Assembly: GCA_964546555.1 (NCBI GenBank)
Contig: CAZJJX010000002.1
Coordinates: 16,263 to 80,262, forward strand
Origin: an uncultured Candidatus Saccharibacteria bacterium
GTDB lineage: Bacteria > Patescibacteriota > Minisyncoccia > Phycocordibacterales > UBA5272
Direction of reading: 5' to 3'
Length of the DNA: 64,000 nucleotides
Shown here: piece after piece, positions 1 through 9,379 of the stretch
How the letters are laid out: the number at the start of each line of letters is the position of its first letter
Position numbering within the stretch: position 1 is the stretch's first letter
Position numbers and translations under genes: made by a program
Notes under the pieces: model-generated
Databases searched by the model: none
The model's input: the letters and a program-made list of their open reading frames with translations, nothing else
What the model was told of the DNA's origin: nothing

Positions 1-16
1 GAATAATTTTGATGCG

Positions 17-700
17 ATGAAGCATCCTAATGGGCAAGTTGCATCTGTCTCAGTATCTGGGGATGGTGAAGTAACTGCAAAGCCAGATATTGCAACGGTA
101 ACATTTACTGTTCGTGAAAGTGCAAAGTCTGTACCAGAAGCGCAAAAGCTAGTTGAAACAAAAATTGCTACCGGTATCAAAGAATTAAAGTCGCTTGGTG
201 TTGATGATAAAGATACAAAGACATTATCATACAATGTGTCTCCAAAGTATGAATATCAAAATGGTGCGTGTACTCAGTATGGATGTGGTCCTTCTAAATC
301 AACAATTGTTGGTTATGAGGTTACACAATCTGTTACGGTAAAGGTACGTAAGGTTGAGCAAGCAGGGGATGTATTTGGAATGCTTGGAAAGGCTAACATC
401 ACTGAAATCTCAGGCCCTGATTTTACGGTAGATGATATGGATAAGTTGCAAGCAGAAGCTAAGGCTCTTGCTATCAAGAAGGCCCAAGCAAAAGCAGAAG
501 CAACTGCAAAGTCTCTTGGGGTGTCGCTTGGATCTATCATTCAGTTCTCTGAGGATAATGGTGGGTACTATCCAGTGATGTACAGAGCGACAGCTGGTAT
601 GGCAGCTATGTCAGCAGATGTTAAGACTGAACAAGTGTCACTTCCACAGGGTGAAAATGTTATCAAATCACGAGTAACAATTACCTATACACTTAAATAA
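17..700 (+). CDS. SIMPL-domain (DUF541/YggE/BP26-like) periplasmic protein; N-terminus may lie upstream of window
   Basis: Translation resembles the SIMPL/26-kDa periplasmic immunogenic protein family (alternating beta-rich pattern, '...VTITYTLK' end); no signal peptide visible, so start is probably upstream of base 1. Confidence 0.55.
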   Translation: MKHPNGQVASVSVSGDGEVTAKPDIATVTFTVRESAKSVPEAQKLVETKIATGIKELKSLGVDDKDTKTLSYNVSPKYEYQNGACTQYGCGPSKSTIVGYEVTQSVTVKVRKVEQAGDVFGMLGKANITEISGPDFTVDDMDKLQAEAKALAIKKAQAKAEATAKSLGVSLGSIIQFSEDNGGYYPVMYRATAGMAAMSADVKTEQVSLPQGENVIKSRVTITYTLK

Positions 701-869
701 GTTCTGTACGCACAACGTGTTCTCTTCAAAAAAGCGCTTACATAAGCGCTTTTTTGTATTCTCGAGTATTCTTGCGTAGAGTTTAAAGATATGGTATTAT
801 TACTATATGAAATGCCCACGGGGGCGTTTTTTAGAATAAGAACAGTCCTTCTGTTCACACCTTACCTCT

Positions 870-1055
870 ATGAATAAACTTATACAATATCTAAAAGAAA
901 CAAAAGCGGAACTTAAAGAAGTTGTTTTTCCTACGACATCTCAAACTATTACGTTTACTGTTTTAGTCATTGTTATCTCAACGATCGTCGCTGTGTCACT
1001 TGGGGGTATTGATATTGGACTTCGTGCACTTCTAGAAAAAGTTATTAACCGTTAA
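870..1055 (+). CDS. secE: preprotein translocase subunit SecE
   Basis: 61-aa single-TM protein immediately upstream of nusG; conserved secE-nusG-rplK order. Confidence 0.8.
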   Translation: MNKLIQYLKETKAELKEVVFPTTSQTITFTVLVIVISTIVAVSLGGIDIGLRALLEKVINR

Positions 1056-1069
1056 ACTATCCTATTTCT

Positions 1070-1615
1070 ATGGCTAAACAAGAATTTACAGGGGAGCGTC
1101 ATTGGTATGCAATTCACACCTATAGTGGTTACGAAAATGCTGTTTTGCGTAACTTAAAGCAGCGTATTGAGTCACTTGGTATGCAGGATAAGATTTTTGC
1201 AGTGGTTGTTCCACTTGAAAAAAAGATTAAGGTAAAAGGAACAAAGCGTGTCGAGGTAGAGGAAAAGATCTACCCAGGATATGTTCTTGTGGACATGATT
1301 GTGGATGATAATAGTTGGTATGTTGTTCGTAATACTCCTCGTGTTACAGGGTTCGTAGGAGCAGGGACAACACCAGTACCACTTTCTCAAAAAGAAATTG
1401 ATTTCCTCTTTAGTCGTATGAACACAGGAGAAGTTGAGCACGATATTTCTGTTGATGTTGGGGAACTTGTTGGAATTGTTGATGGTCCGTTTAAGGATTT
1501 TGAAGGAAAGGTTTCTGAAGTTGACAAGGCTCGTGGAAAACTCAAGGTGCTTGTGAATATGTTCGGGCGAGAGACTCCGGTAGAGCTCGACTTCCTCCAG
1601 ATTAAGAAAATTTAA
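1070..1615 (+). CDS. nusG: transcription termination/antitermination factor NusG
   Basis: NGN domain ('HWYAIHTYSGYENAV') plus C-terminal KOW motif; synteny with secE and rplK. Confidence 0.9.
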   Translation: MAKQEFTGERHWYAIHTYSGYENAVLRNLKQRIESLGMQDKIFAVVVPLEKKIKVKGTKRVEVEEKIYPGYVLVDMIVDDNSWYVVRNTPRVTGFVGAGTTPVPLSQKEIDFLFSRMNTGEVEHDISVDVGELVGIVDGPFKDFEGKVSEVDKARGKLKVLVNMFGRETPVELDFLQIKKI

Positions 1616-1630
1616 AAAGTCATAAATTAC

Positions 1631-1732
1631 TTCATCTACTTTGTCGCTAGGAGATTTTTATCAGTCGCCGTACAAATAAGTACGTCTTCTTCCAAAAATC
1701 GCTAGACTCCTCGTAGCTAAAGCAATTTCTAA
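1631..1732 (+). ncRNA. conserved structured intergenic RNA element, copy A (unnamed family; 3 copies in window)
   Basis: Shares 5' 'TTCATCTACT' and 3' 'GTAGCTAAAGCAATTTC' blocks and an internal GTAC hairpin with copies at 2245-2343 and 21973-22072. Confidence 0.45.
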
Positions 1733-1820
1733 CTTTTTAAAGAATATTTAAAGAACAAAGAAATAGTCTTGAAATCAAGACAAAAACGTGTTAGAATAAC
1801 CAAACTTTAAAGAAAATACT

Positions 1821-2234
1821 ATGGCAGCAAAGAAAATTACAAAATATGTGAAAGTTCAAATTGAAGCAGGGAAAGCTACCTCTGCTCCACCACTTGGTCC
1901 AGCGCTTGGTCAGGCGGGTGTTCAGATTGGTGATTTCGTGAACAAGTTCAACGCAGCGACACAAGGAAAGCAGGGAAGAATGTCAGTAAAGATCTATGTA
2001 TACGAAGATCGTACGTATGATTTTGTTATCAAGACTCCTACAGCAACTTCACTTGTTATGAAGGCTGCAAACGTTGCAAAAGGTAACTCAAAAGGAAAGG
2101 CTGGAACAATCTCTAAGGATAAGATTCGTGAAATTGCTGAGCTTAAGCTTGCAGATCTTACTGCGCACACTGTTGAACAGGGGATGAAGATAATCGAGGG
2201 TACTGCACGTTCTGCCGGTATCAAGGTTGTTTAA
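1821..2234 (+). CDS. rplK: 50S ribosomal protein L11
   Basis: 'PPLGPALGQAGVQIGDFVNKFN' L11 signature; follows nusG. Confidence 0.95.
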   Translation: MAAKKITKYVKVQIEAGKATSAPPLGPALGQAGVQIGDFVNKFNAATQGKQGRMSVKIYVYEDRTYDFVIKTPTATSLVMKAANVAKGNSKGKAGTISKDKIREIAELKLADLTAHTVEQGMKIIEGTARSAGIKVV

Positions 2235-2244
2235 GTAAAATCAC

Positions 2245-2343
2245 TTCATCTACTGCGTTGCACGGAATTTTTGCTCCACGCGTCGTACAATAGTACGCCT
2301 TGGTTGCAAAAACTCCGTGCGCCTTGTAGCTAAAGCAATTTTC
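2245..2343 (+). ncRNA. conserved structured intergenic RNA element, copy B
   Basis: 'TTCATCTACTGCGTT...CCACGCGTCGTAC...CTTGG...GCCTTGTAGCTAAAGCAATTTTC'. Long helix GCACGGAATTTTTGC/GCAAAAACTCCGTGC flanks a GTAC hairpin. Confidence 0.45.
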
Positions 2344-2494
2344 CATAAACAAGAATACAAAAGCAACCTCTAACGAGGTTGCTTTTGTATTTGCTAAAGG
2401 CTGCTAGATAAAAGCTAATGGCTGCATATTTGCGGTTTTTTGTTTTGCAATGTAGGATTGGCGCAGGCCCCGAAAGGGAATATGGTCATTATCG

Positions 2495-3118
2495 GTGAGG
2501 TTACAAATGAACAACGAAGAAGGGGTTCCTCTACAGTGGGTAGCAGGAACGAATCGTGTTGTACTGGGAAAGATGTTGAGTCATAAGCTTGAGCCAACCT
2601 TTGAACGCCCGTCTCGATTGGATGTTGAAGCACAACAAGTAATCATCATCTCCAAGCGATCAACGTGCATGTTTTACGAAGTTGGTGCCAGGATTTGGTA
2701 TGTTCACGGGAAGAATCACTACTTCGTATCAGATGGGTACAACGGTGCCTCAGCTGGTGATGTTGATCCTCGCATGGTTGGATGCGCGCGTGTTGTTGAT
2801 GGCCAGCTTCAGGAAGGGAAAGGGTTGTGCCGAGGCTCCCACGCAGAACTAAATGCAGTAGGTAATTGCCAAGTTGATACAAGACTCTATCCTGATGTAC
2901 GTATGATGATCACGCTCCATCCTTGTTTTGGTTGTGCCAAGCAAATCGTGAATGCTGGGATCAAATACGTCTACTACATCTGGGAGTATGGACGTGAAGA
3001 GTTTGTGACACAGTACTTGAGGGATAGAGGTATTGGTATTGAGCGATATACTTCACCATTTCTGGAGAAGTGGATTGCTCATAACAATTATGATCCGAAG
3101 AACCTTAAGCTCGGATAG
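2495..3118 (+). CDS. deoxycytidylate (dCMP) deaminase, zinc-dependent CDA fold; true start probably internal (~2573)
   Basis: 'HAELNA' (H-A-E zinc/catalytic motif) and 'PCFGCAKQI' (PCxxC) motifs; 'KRSTC' N-terminal block typical of ComEB/dCMP deaminases. Confidence 0.8.
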   Translation: MRLQMNNEEGVPLQWVAGTNRVVLGKMLSHKLEPTFERPSRLDVEAQQVIIISKRSTCMFYEVGARIWYVHGKNHYFVSDGYNGASAGDVDPRMVGCARVVDGQLQEGKGLCRGSHAELNAVGNCQVDTRLYPDVRMMITLHPCFGCAKQIVNAGIKYVYYIWEYGREEFVTQYLRDRGIGIERYTSPFLEKWIAHNNYDPKNLKLG

Positions 3119-3175
3119 GGGTTACCTCTTGGCGGTCGCATGGACCGCCTTTTCTTTTTATGTTACTTTTATACT

Positions 3176-3595
3176 ATGAATATACAAGTAAAAAAATTAT
3201 ACAAGGATGCTGTTATGCCCTCTCGTGCACATCATGATGATGCTGGCATAGACCTCTTTGCATACGGTGATTATACTCTACACCCACAGGAAATGGTTAC
3301 AATAAAAACCGGATGCGCCTTTGAAATAGATAAGGGGTATGTTGGCCTTATTTGGGATAAGTCATCGATTGGTGCAAAAGGGATAAAAACACTAGGTGGG
3401 GTAGTTGATGCTGGGTATCGAGGTGAAGTACTTGTCATGCTTCACAATCTTTCAAATGAATTACACACATTTAAACATGGTCATAAAGTCGCCCAGCTCC
3501 TTATTCAAAAAGTTGAGTTTCCTGAAATTGTAGAAGTAGGTGAATTATCTGATTCTATTCGTGGGCAAGGGGGATTTGGGAGTACGGGGAAGTAA
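3176..3595 (+). CDS. dut: dUTP diphosphatase (dUTPase)
   Basis: 'AGIDL', 'GVVDAGYRGEV', 'RGQGGFGSTG' dUTPase motifs; ORF begins at 3140 but the conserved N-terminus starts at M(3176). Confidence 0.85.
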   Translation: MNIQVKKLYKDAVMPSRAHHDDAGIDLFAYGDYTLHPQEMVTIKTGCAFEIDKGYVGLIWDKSSIGAKGIKTLGGVVDAGYRGEVLVMLHNLSNELHTFKHGHKVAQLLIQKVEFPEIVEVGELSDSIRGQGGFGSTGK

Positions 3596-3658
3596 TTTGC
3601 TATTTAGTCTTGGTTCATTTAGTATTGATGTGGGCACTTTTGGTTAATTTTTAGGAGC

Positions 3659-4186
3659 ATGATTATGAGTCAGACAATTAGTGTTATCGGTGCTTTTTCA
3701 ATAAACGGTGTTTATGGTGAAGGTAATGAAATGGTGTGGAAAATTCTTGAAGACTTTAAACACTTTAAGAAATTAACCATTGAGTGGACGGTAATTATGG
3801 GAAGACTTACACGGGAGTCATTGCCACGTAAGCCGCTCCCACATCGTGAAAATATTGTAGTATCATCAAACGCATCCTATAAAGCAGATGGTGCAATTGT
3901 ATGCACTTCTTTTGAACAAGCACTAGCTAAAGCAAGCACCAATAAAATTTTCTGCATTGGTGGCAAAGAGGTTTGGTACAAAGGGATGGATATTGCTGAC
4001 GAGGCATGGATTACTGTTGTGAAAAACGAGTATCCAATAACTCCAGGCGTGACTCGTACTGCACCAGATCTTATTAATCCACCAGCCCGCTGGCCAGGAT
4101 TTTCATTTAACGAAATGGTCGTGAATAGAGATGCTGAAGGGGATACGCCAGGTTTTAGTATTGTTCATTGGGTGAGAAAAAAATAG
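3659..4186 (+). CDS. folA: dihydrofolate reductase
   Basis: 'ISVIGA...NGV.G..N.MVW' and 'VIMGRLTRESLP.KPLP.R.NIVVS' DHFR signature blocks. Confidence 0.8.
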   Translation: MIMSQTISVIGAFSINGVYGEGNEMVWKILEDFKHFKKLTIEWTVIMGRLTRESLPRKPLPHRENIVVSSNASYKADGAIVCTSFEQALAKASTNKIFCIGGKEVWYKGMDIADEAWITVVKNEYPITPGVTRTAPDLINPPARWPGFSFNEMVVNRDAEGDTPGFSIVHWVRKK

Positions 4187-4189
4187 CAA

Positions 4190-4228
4190 GAAAAAAGCCA
4201 AACGCGCGTGCGCGTTTGGCTTTTGTTG
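4190..4228. terminator. bidirectional rho-independent terminator between convergent folA and thyA
   Basis: Perfect hairpin AGCCAAACGCGC-GTG-CGCGTTTGGCT flanked by A-run and T-run. Confidence 0.7.
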
Positions 4229-4241
4229 TACTAGGATTAAC

Positions 4242-5171
4242 CTAGAGAAGAACAGCTGAAATTTTTTCGTGACTTCTGTAACCAATAAGCTTGATATCGT
4301 CCACTGTGAAATCATCAATATTTTTTACAAGTGGGTTCAGCCAAAGCTTTGGACCTTTTAAAGGTTTTCTTGCAAGTTGTTTATTCACTTGCCGAATATG
4401 ACCTTTATTCCACTGCGGTTTTTCTTCCACATCAAGACCTGCCATATAAATATGGCAGTCCTCAAGTGTAATCACGAGTTCACCTGGCACCATATCAACA
4501 CACTGGGCTACCATGTGGCACAGAAGTGCGTAACTTGCGATATTAAAAGGAACCCCCAGGAACATATCGCACGACCTCTGATCCATTGAAATATCAAGGT
4601 ACATTTTTTTATCTCGACGCCTGCTTGGGCGCACGAAGAATTGCATCTTCATGTGACAAGGTGGAAGACACATATCATTAAGTTCTCCCGGATTCCAGGC
4701 AGTGACAATATGATATCTACTGAAAGGATCTTCTTTGATTTGCTTCATTACCTTGGCGATTTGGTCAACAGTCGAGCCATCTGGTGCACGCCAATTTCTC
4801 CATTGTGCACCATAGATGCGTCCGCAGTCTCCTTCAAACTTTGCCTTACCTTGTGAAGCAAAACGAGTTTGATCCATTGTCCAGATATTTTTTGCAGTTG
4901 CAGGCTTTTCAAGAAGTTCATTGAGACGTGCAATGGAAAGTCTCCAATCTGTTGCTTTACCTGCCTCCAGAAACCAAATAAGTTCCGCTACAACGACATT
5001 AAATGCAAGGTACTTTGTGGTTGTTGCAGGGAAACTGTGTTGCAAGTTAAACCTCATTTGTCGTGCAAATACTGCATCTGTAATGCCATTCCTTGTCTTG
5101 CGTCGCGATCCATTCTGTTTCGTGAATCGCAATGCGCGCAGATACGCCTCTTCGTTTGGGTTTAAGTTCAT
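4242..5171 (-). CDS. thyA: thymidylate synthase (ThyA, folate-dependent)
   Basis: 'QMRFNLQ', 'ELIWFL', 'LPPCHMKMQFFV' (catalytic Cys), 'DMFLGVPFNIASYALL' motifs. Confidence 0.9.
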   Translation of the reverse strand: MNLNPNEEAYLRALRFTKQNGSRRKTRNGITDAVFARQMRFNLQHSFPATTTKYLAFNVVVAELIWFLEAGKATDWRLSIARLNELLEKPATAKNIWTMDQTRFASQGKAKFEGDCGRIYGAQWRNWRAPDGSTVDQIAKVMKQIKEDPFSRYHIVTAWNPGELNDMCLPPCHMKMQFFVRPSRRRDKKMYLDISMDQRSCDMFLGVPFNIASYALLCHMVAQCVDMVPGELVITLEDCHIYMAGLDVEEKPQWNKGHIRQVNKQLARKPLKGPKLWLNPLVKNIDDFTVDDIKLIGYRSHEKISAVLL

Positions 5172-5404
5172 CTCTTTCTCCTTTGTTGAGATTAAAAAGA
5201 TTGTTAAAGAGCTGTGTGAACTTTACAGTTTTATTGTGTTTCTTACAAGATTGACAAATTTAAGTATTTCTTTGTTTGTGAGAAGGGTTTAGTTGCTGTA
5301 CTATTGCATCAGATGTGTTGTTTTTTTGTTTCGATACAATACTTTGCAAGAAGTCGAAACGTTTTTATCCGAACAACTTTTTCTTTTTCGAAAGGGGAGA
5401 TGAG

Positions 5405-6103
5405 ATGACCGCACGACTAATTGTGATTGAAGGTTCCGATGGAGCGGGTAAAGAAACCCAAACAGGTTTGCTTTTTAAACATCTAGAAAATACAGGTGTT
5501 AAAGTTGCACGGGTTTCATTTCCTCGTTATAATCAAACGCTCGGTGGATCTCTACTGTTTGAGGTTCTTAAGAGTGAGCGTGCTTTGCGTTATAACTTTT
5601 CAAAAGTCGACCCGAAGATTGCTAGTAGGCTTTATACCATGGATAGAGAAGAGTCATTGCCATACCTCCAGGATTTGCTCTACACCAATGAAGTGGTAAT
5701 CTCTGACAGGTATGTCGAATCGAATCTTCTTCATCAAGGTGGCAAGTTTGCAACAGATGATGAGAAGATTGATTTTGCAAAATGGTTGTACGAAGAAGAG
5801 TACATACGTGCAAAGTTACCAAAGCCAAATGAGGTTATCTATCTATCTCTTCCGTTTTGGCTTTCAAGAAAGCGTGCAGAACAGCGTGCCCAAAAAGGTG
5901 GACCAAAACTAGATGCTGTTGAAAGTGATATAGAGTATGTTAAGCAAGGGCATGAAGCAGGGCTCTTCTACGCAAAACATTTTGAATGGCAAGTGGTTGA
6001 AGGTGTTCGAGATAGTCACGAGCGTACGCCTGAGCAGATTCACAAGGAAGTAGTTGTGGTTGCAGGGTATGCGGGAAAAGAATATTTCGATAGTATTCCG
6101 TGA
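5405..6103 (+). CDS. tmk: thymidylate kinase
   Basis: 'RLIVIEGSDGAGKETQ' P-loop typical of Tmk; AGGGGAG RBS 8 nt upstream of ATG 5405 (ORF track starts at 5315). Confidence 0.85.
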   Translation: MTARLIVIEGSDGAGKETQTGLLFKHLENTGVKVARVSFPRYNQTLGGSLLFEVLKSERALRYNFSKVDPKIASRLYTMDREESLPYLQDLLYTNEVVISDRYVESNLLHQGGKFATDDEKIDFAKWLYEEEYIRAKLPKPNEVIYLSLPFWLSRKRAEQRAQKGGPKLDAVESDIEYVKQGHEAGLFYAKHFEWQVVEGVRDSHERTPEQIHKEVVVVAGYAGKEYFDSIP

Positions 6104-6120
6104 ATATTGCATAAATAATG

Positions 6121-6150
6121 ACTGACCCAAGTTTTGGGTCAGTTTTTTCT
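6121..6150 (+). terminator. rho-independent terminator after tmk
   Basis: TGACCCAA-GTT-TTGGGTCA hairpin followed by TTTTTTCTTTTTTT. Confidence 0.7.
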
Positions 6151-6192
6151 TTTTTTCTTTTTATTATTTCCTAAATAAGGTAGTATAGAGAG

Positions 6193-7893
6193 ATGAATTC
6201 GTACGAGACAATTAAACAGGCGCTCTATACCCTTGCGGGGAGCGGTGTTGCGTTTTCTCTTCTGCAGCCAGAAGATGTGGCGCATGGCGATTATGCGACC
6301 AACATTGCATTTCCACTTTCAAAAGCAAAAGGTGTTTCTCCTAAGGAGTGTGCTTTAGAAATCATTATTCTACTTACTCAGTCACTGTCTGATGTCATAG
6401 AAAAAATAGAAGTCGCAGGTCCTGGTTTTATTAACTTTTACCTTAAAGATGACGTGCGAACTGACGCTGTGGAAGAGATCGCACTACATGGGATCTTAAG
6501 ACCACTCTTAGAAGAGAAAGCACTTGTTGAATACACTGATCCGAACTGTTTTAAGGTTTTTCATATTGGCCACTTGATGGCAAATGCTATAGGGGAATCA
6601 CTTTCTCGAATCTACGAAATGAAAGGCTATGATGTGACTCGAGTGTGCTATCCGTCAGATATCGGTAGGAATGTCGCCATGGGTGTGTGGGGTGTAATGC
6701 AAAAAACTTCTGAGAAACCAGATGAAGAAGCTTCACTTAAGGATAAAGTTGCGTTCCTTGGGATGTGCTATGCGTACGCTCACTCACAGTTTGAAAGCAA
6801 TGAAGCCGCAAAGCATGAGATAGCCGAAGTTAATCGCGCTATTTATGAAGGTACAAATCCTGAAGTTATGGAAGTGTATACTGAAGGACGAGCGCTCTCA
6901 CTCGCGTACTTCGATAGTCTGTATGAAAAGTTAGGCACTACGTTTGATGCTTTTATTTATGAATCTGAAGTTGCAGATCCAGGACTTGCGATTGTGCGTG
7001 AGCATCTTGCAAAAGGTGTCTTTGAAGAGTCAGATGGTGCAATTGTATACAAAGGTGAGCAAGATGGACTCCATACACGAGTGTTTGTTAACGCCCAAGG
7101 GCTTCCAACATACGAAGCAAAGGATCTTGGTAACTATGTTAAGAAAATGGAACTTGTTCCTGATGCGTCATACTATGTTGTTGTAACAGCGAGTGAACAG
7201 AATGAATATTTTAAGGTACTAAATACAGTAACTAAGAAAATTTTCCCACAACTAGAGAACAAACTTGTACACATAAACCACGGCATGATGCGCCTCCCAG
7301 AAGGGAAAATGTCATCTCGTACAGGTAATGTGATAGGGGGTGAAGATATGTTATGTATGATTGAAGAGCGTCTTAAGGAAAAGGTAATTGATATGCGTGT
7401 ACCTGAAGGTGAAATACAAAAGCTTGTGAATGATATTGCAGTTGGTGCAATAAAGTTTTCTATCCTTAAGATCGCACCAGGGAAAGACATTGCATTTGAT
7501 TTTGAGAAGTCACTTTCCTTCGAAGGGGACTCTGGACCGTATCTTCAGTATACGCATGCGAGATTGTGTGCGCTTTTGGATAAAGCAGAAGTAAGTGGTA
7601 TAGATTTTGAACATGGGTATGTTGTAGAAGCACCTGAGGTTGAAGTTGAACGAACTCTCGCGGCATATTCTCAAGTCTTAGAAAAAGCATTTAACGATCT
7701 TGGCCCACATCATATCGTTCAGTACTTACTTGTAGTTACTCGAGTGTTTAATAGTATGTATGCACGCCATCAGATAGTTGATGAGAATAACAAGGATGTA
7801 AGTCGCTACTATGTCATGCTCGCTCAAGCAACAAAAAATATCTTGGCTCACGGACTCAATGTTTTAGGAATTAAGGCACCTGAGAGAATGTAG
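6193..7893 (+). CDS. argS: arginine--tRNA ligase
   Basis: 'HGDYATNIAF', HIGH motif 'FHIGHLMANAIGESLSR', C-terminal DALR anticodon-binding region ending '...ERM'. Confidence 0.9.
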   Translation: MNSYETIKQALYTLAGSGVAFSLLQPEDVAHGDYATNIAFPLSKAKGVSPKECALEIIILLTQSLSDVIEKIEVAGPGFINFYLKDDVRTDAVEEIALHGILRPLLEEKALVEYTDPNCFKVFHIGHLMANAIGESLSRIYEMKGYDVTRVCYPSDIGRNVAMGVWGVMQKTSEKPDEEASLKDKVAFLGMCYAYAHSQFESNEAAKHEIAEVNRAIYEGTNPEVMEVYTEGRALSLAYFDSLYEKLGTTFDAFIYESEVADPGLAIVREHLAKGVFEESDGAIVYKGEQDGLHTRVFVNAQGLPTYEAKDLGNYVKKMELVPDASYYVVVTASEQNEYFKVLNTVTKKIFPQLENKLVHINHGMMRLPEGKMSSRTGNVIGGEDMLCMIEERLKEKVIDMRVPEGEIQKLVNDIAVGAIKFSILKIAPGKDIAFDFEKSLSFEGDSGPYLQYTHARLCALLDKAEVSGIDFEHGYVVEAPEVEVERTLAAYSQVLEKAFNDLGPHHIVQYLLVVTRVFNSMYARHQIVDENNKDVSRYYVMLAQATKNILAHGLNVLGIKAPERM

Positions 7894-7953
7894 ACATTTT
7901 ATAATAAATGTGTTATAATATAAATTGGTTCAACGGTAAATGAGGAGTTCCTT

Positions 7954-8286
7954 ATGAACAAATTGTCTAATGATATGGTCAAGGGTATCATCTTGGGTAT
8001 TCTTGATTCTGGCCCAAAGACTTTGGATGACTTGAATGCTGCTTATGGAGAGATCTTGAGAACTTTTGTGGAGAGGGGTGTCAATATTGATGAACTTAAA
8101 AATGTTGAGTTCCTTCCTCAAAAGAGACTTCTCAACACACTTCAGGTACTGAAACATGAAGGTTTGATTAAGGTAGAAGAAGTGATTGTTGATTCTTCGG
8201 TCACGTTCAAAGATGGTTGCAACGTTTCTGATTTAAATTTTGTAGTTACTTTCTATAGGCCTAGCCTGGGAGTCGATTCTTTCTGA
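7954..8286 (+). CDS. hypothetical protein (110 aa)
   Basis: ORF with upstream GAGG; no recognisable motif. Confidence 0.4.
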   Translation: MNKLSNDMVKGIILGILDSGPKTLDDLNAAYGEILRTFVERGVNIDELKNVEFLPQKRLLNTLQVLKHEGLIKVEEVIVDSSVTFKDGCNVSDLNFVVTFYRPSLGVDSF

Positions 8287-8332
8287 TGTATTAATTCTTT
8301 TATATTCAACTTTCTAATTGGGTATAAAAAGC

Positions 8333-8370
8333 AAAACACCAAGAACAGCTTGTTCTTGGTGTTTTTATAA
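8333..8370. terminator. bidirectional terminator between convergent genes
   Basis: AACACCAAGAACA-GCT-TGTTCTTGGTGTT hairpin with flanking A/T runs. Confidence 0.65.
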
Positions 8371-8390
8371 ATATATGTTTTTTCTGAAAG

Positions 8391-9245
8391 CTAGTATTCT
8401 CGTAAATTATAATCGAATCGATGTTGGTAGAGTGCTGCCCAAAGACGAATATACATAATGCGATACCCTTCACTACTTGGGTGTAATCCATCGTGTGAGA
8501 AAAAATTAGATGGACACGTTTCACCAGGAAGAAAAACAGGGACTGCCTGTATGCCATAAATCTCAGCGGTTCTTAGATAGATTTCGTTAATGATTCTAGT
8601 TCTTCTTGTGATAAGCCATCGAATAAAAAACGGGAACACAGGTGCGGAGATGTCATTATTATAAATAATAAGTACAATGTTTTTACCGCTTAATGTCATA
8701 GTACGAGAAATCACTTCACGAAGATTTTGTTCAACAGAAGCAAGGGGAGTCATTTTCCACGTATCATTTCCACCTGAACTTATAATTGTTAAATTGTAAT
8801 GCTTGCCTTCTGCGCGCTTTAGCTGTGTAAGCATATTTGATGTTGTTGATCCATTAACGGCATAGTTATGAATTGCAACATCAGGGAAGTCGTGTGCAAA
8901 TCTTCCTGCAAGGGTATCCTCTATTGTTCGGGCACCTGTACCGTATCCGGTACTATCTCCTAGGATAAGAACATTACGACTGCTACTAGAGTTTATATCT
9001 CTAGGTCTTTCTCCTTGTTGTTTAGCGATTTTTCTATTTGTGATGCCATTTATGATGATCATTCTCATTTGACTTGCAAACAAAAGCACAAGAATTGCAA
9101 GACCAAAATAAAGATACAATGTATGGGTGTGTGTAGTTTGGTAATATAAAATGCTTTCTACAAGATTATCTTTATCTAAAGAAGATGTAGAGAGAAAAAG
9201 TTGTGAGCCAAGAGAGGTTATGTTGTTTACGTTTGCAGTATCCAT
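8391..9245 (-). CDS. SGNH/GDSL-family hydrolase with N-terminal TM anchor (ORF extends to 9365; start at M 9245 more plausible)
   Basis: 'ILGDSTGYG' (GDS block I), 'SGGNDTW' (GxND block III), 'DGLHPSSEGY' (DxxH block V). Confidence 0.65.
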   Translation of the reverse strand: MDTANVNNITSLGSQLFLSTSSLDKDNLVESILYYQTTHTHTLYLYFGLAILVLLFASQMRMIIINGITNRKIAKQQGERPRDINSSSSRNVLILGDSTGYGTGARTIEDTLAGRFAHDFPDVAIHNYAVNGSTTSNMLTQLKRAEGKHYNLTIISSGGNDTWKMTPLASVEQNLREVISRTMTLSGKNIVLIIYNNDISAPVFPFFIRWLITRRTRIINEIYLRTAEIYGIQAVPVFLPGETCPSNFFSHDGLHPSSEGYRIMYIRLWAALYQHRFDYNLREY

Positions 9246-9379
9246 AGTGGTCTTGTTAGTATAGCGACAAATCTTCTTCTTCCATAGGGAGTATTTACGA
9301 TTGTAAGGGGTGTATGATAGTATAGAAGTGTAAGCGTTGATTGGACTAATCACCCAGGAGCTCAAGGAAGAACGTTGTC

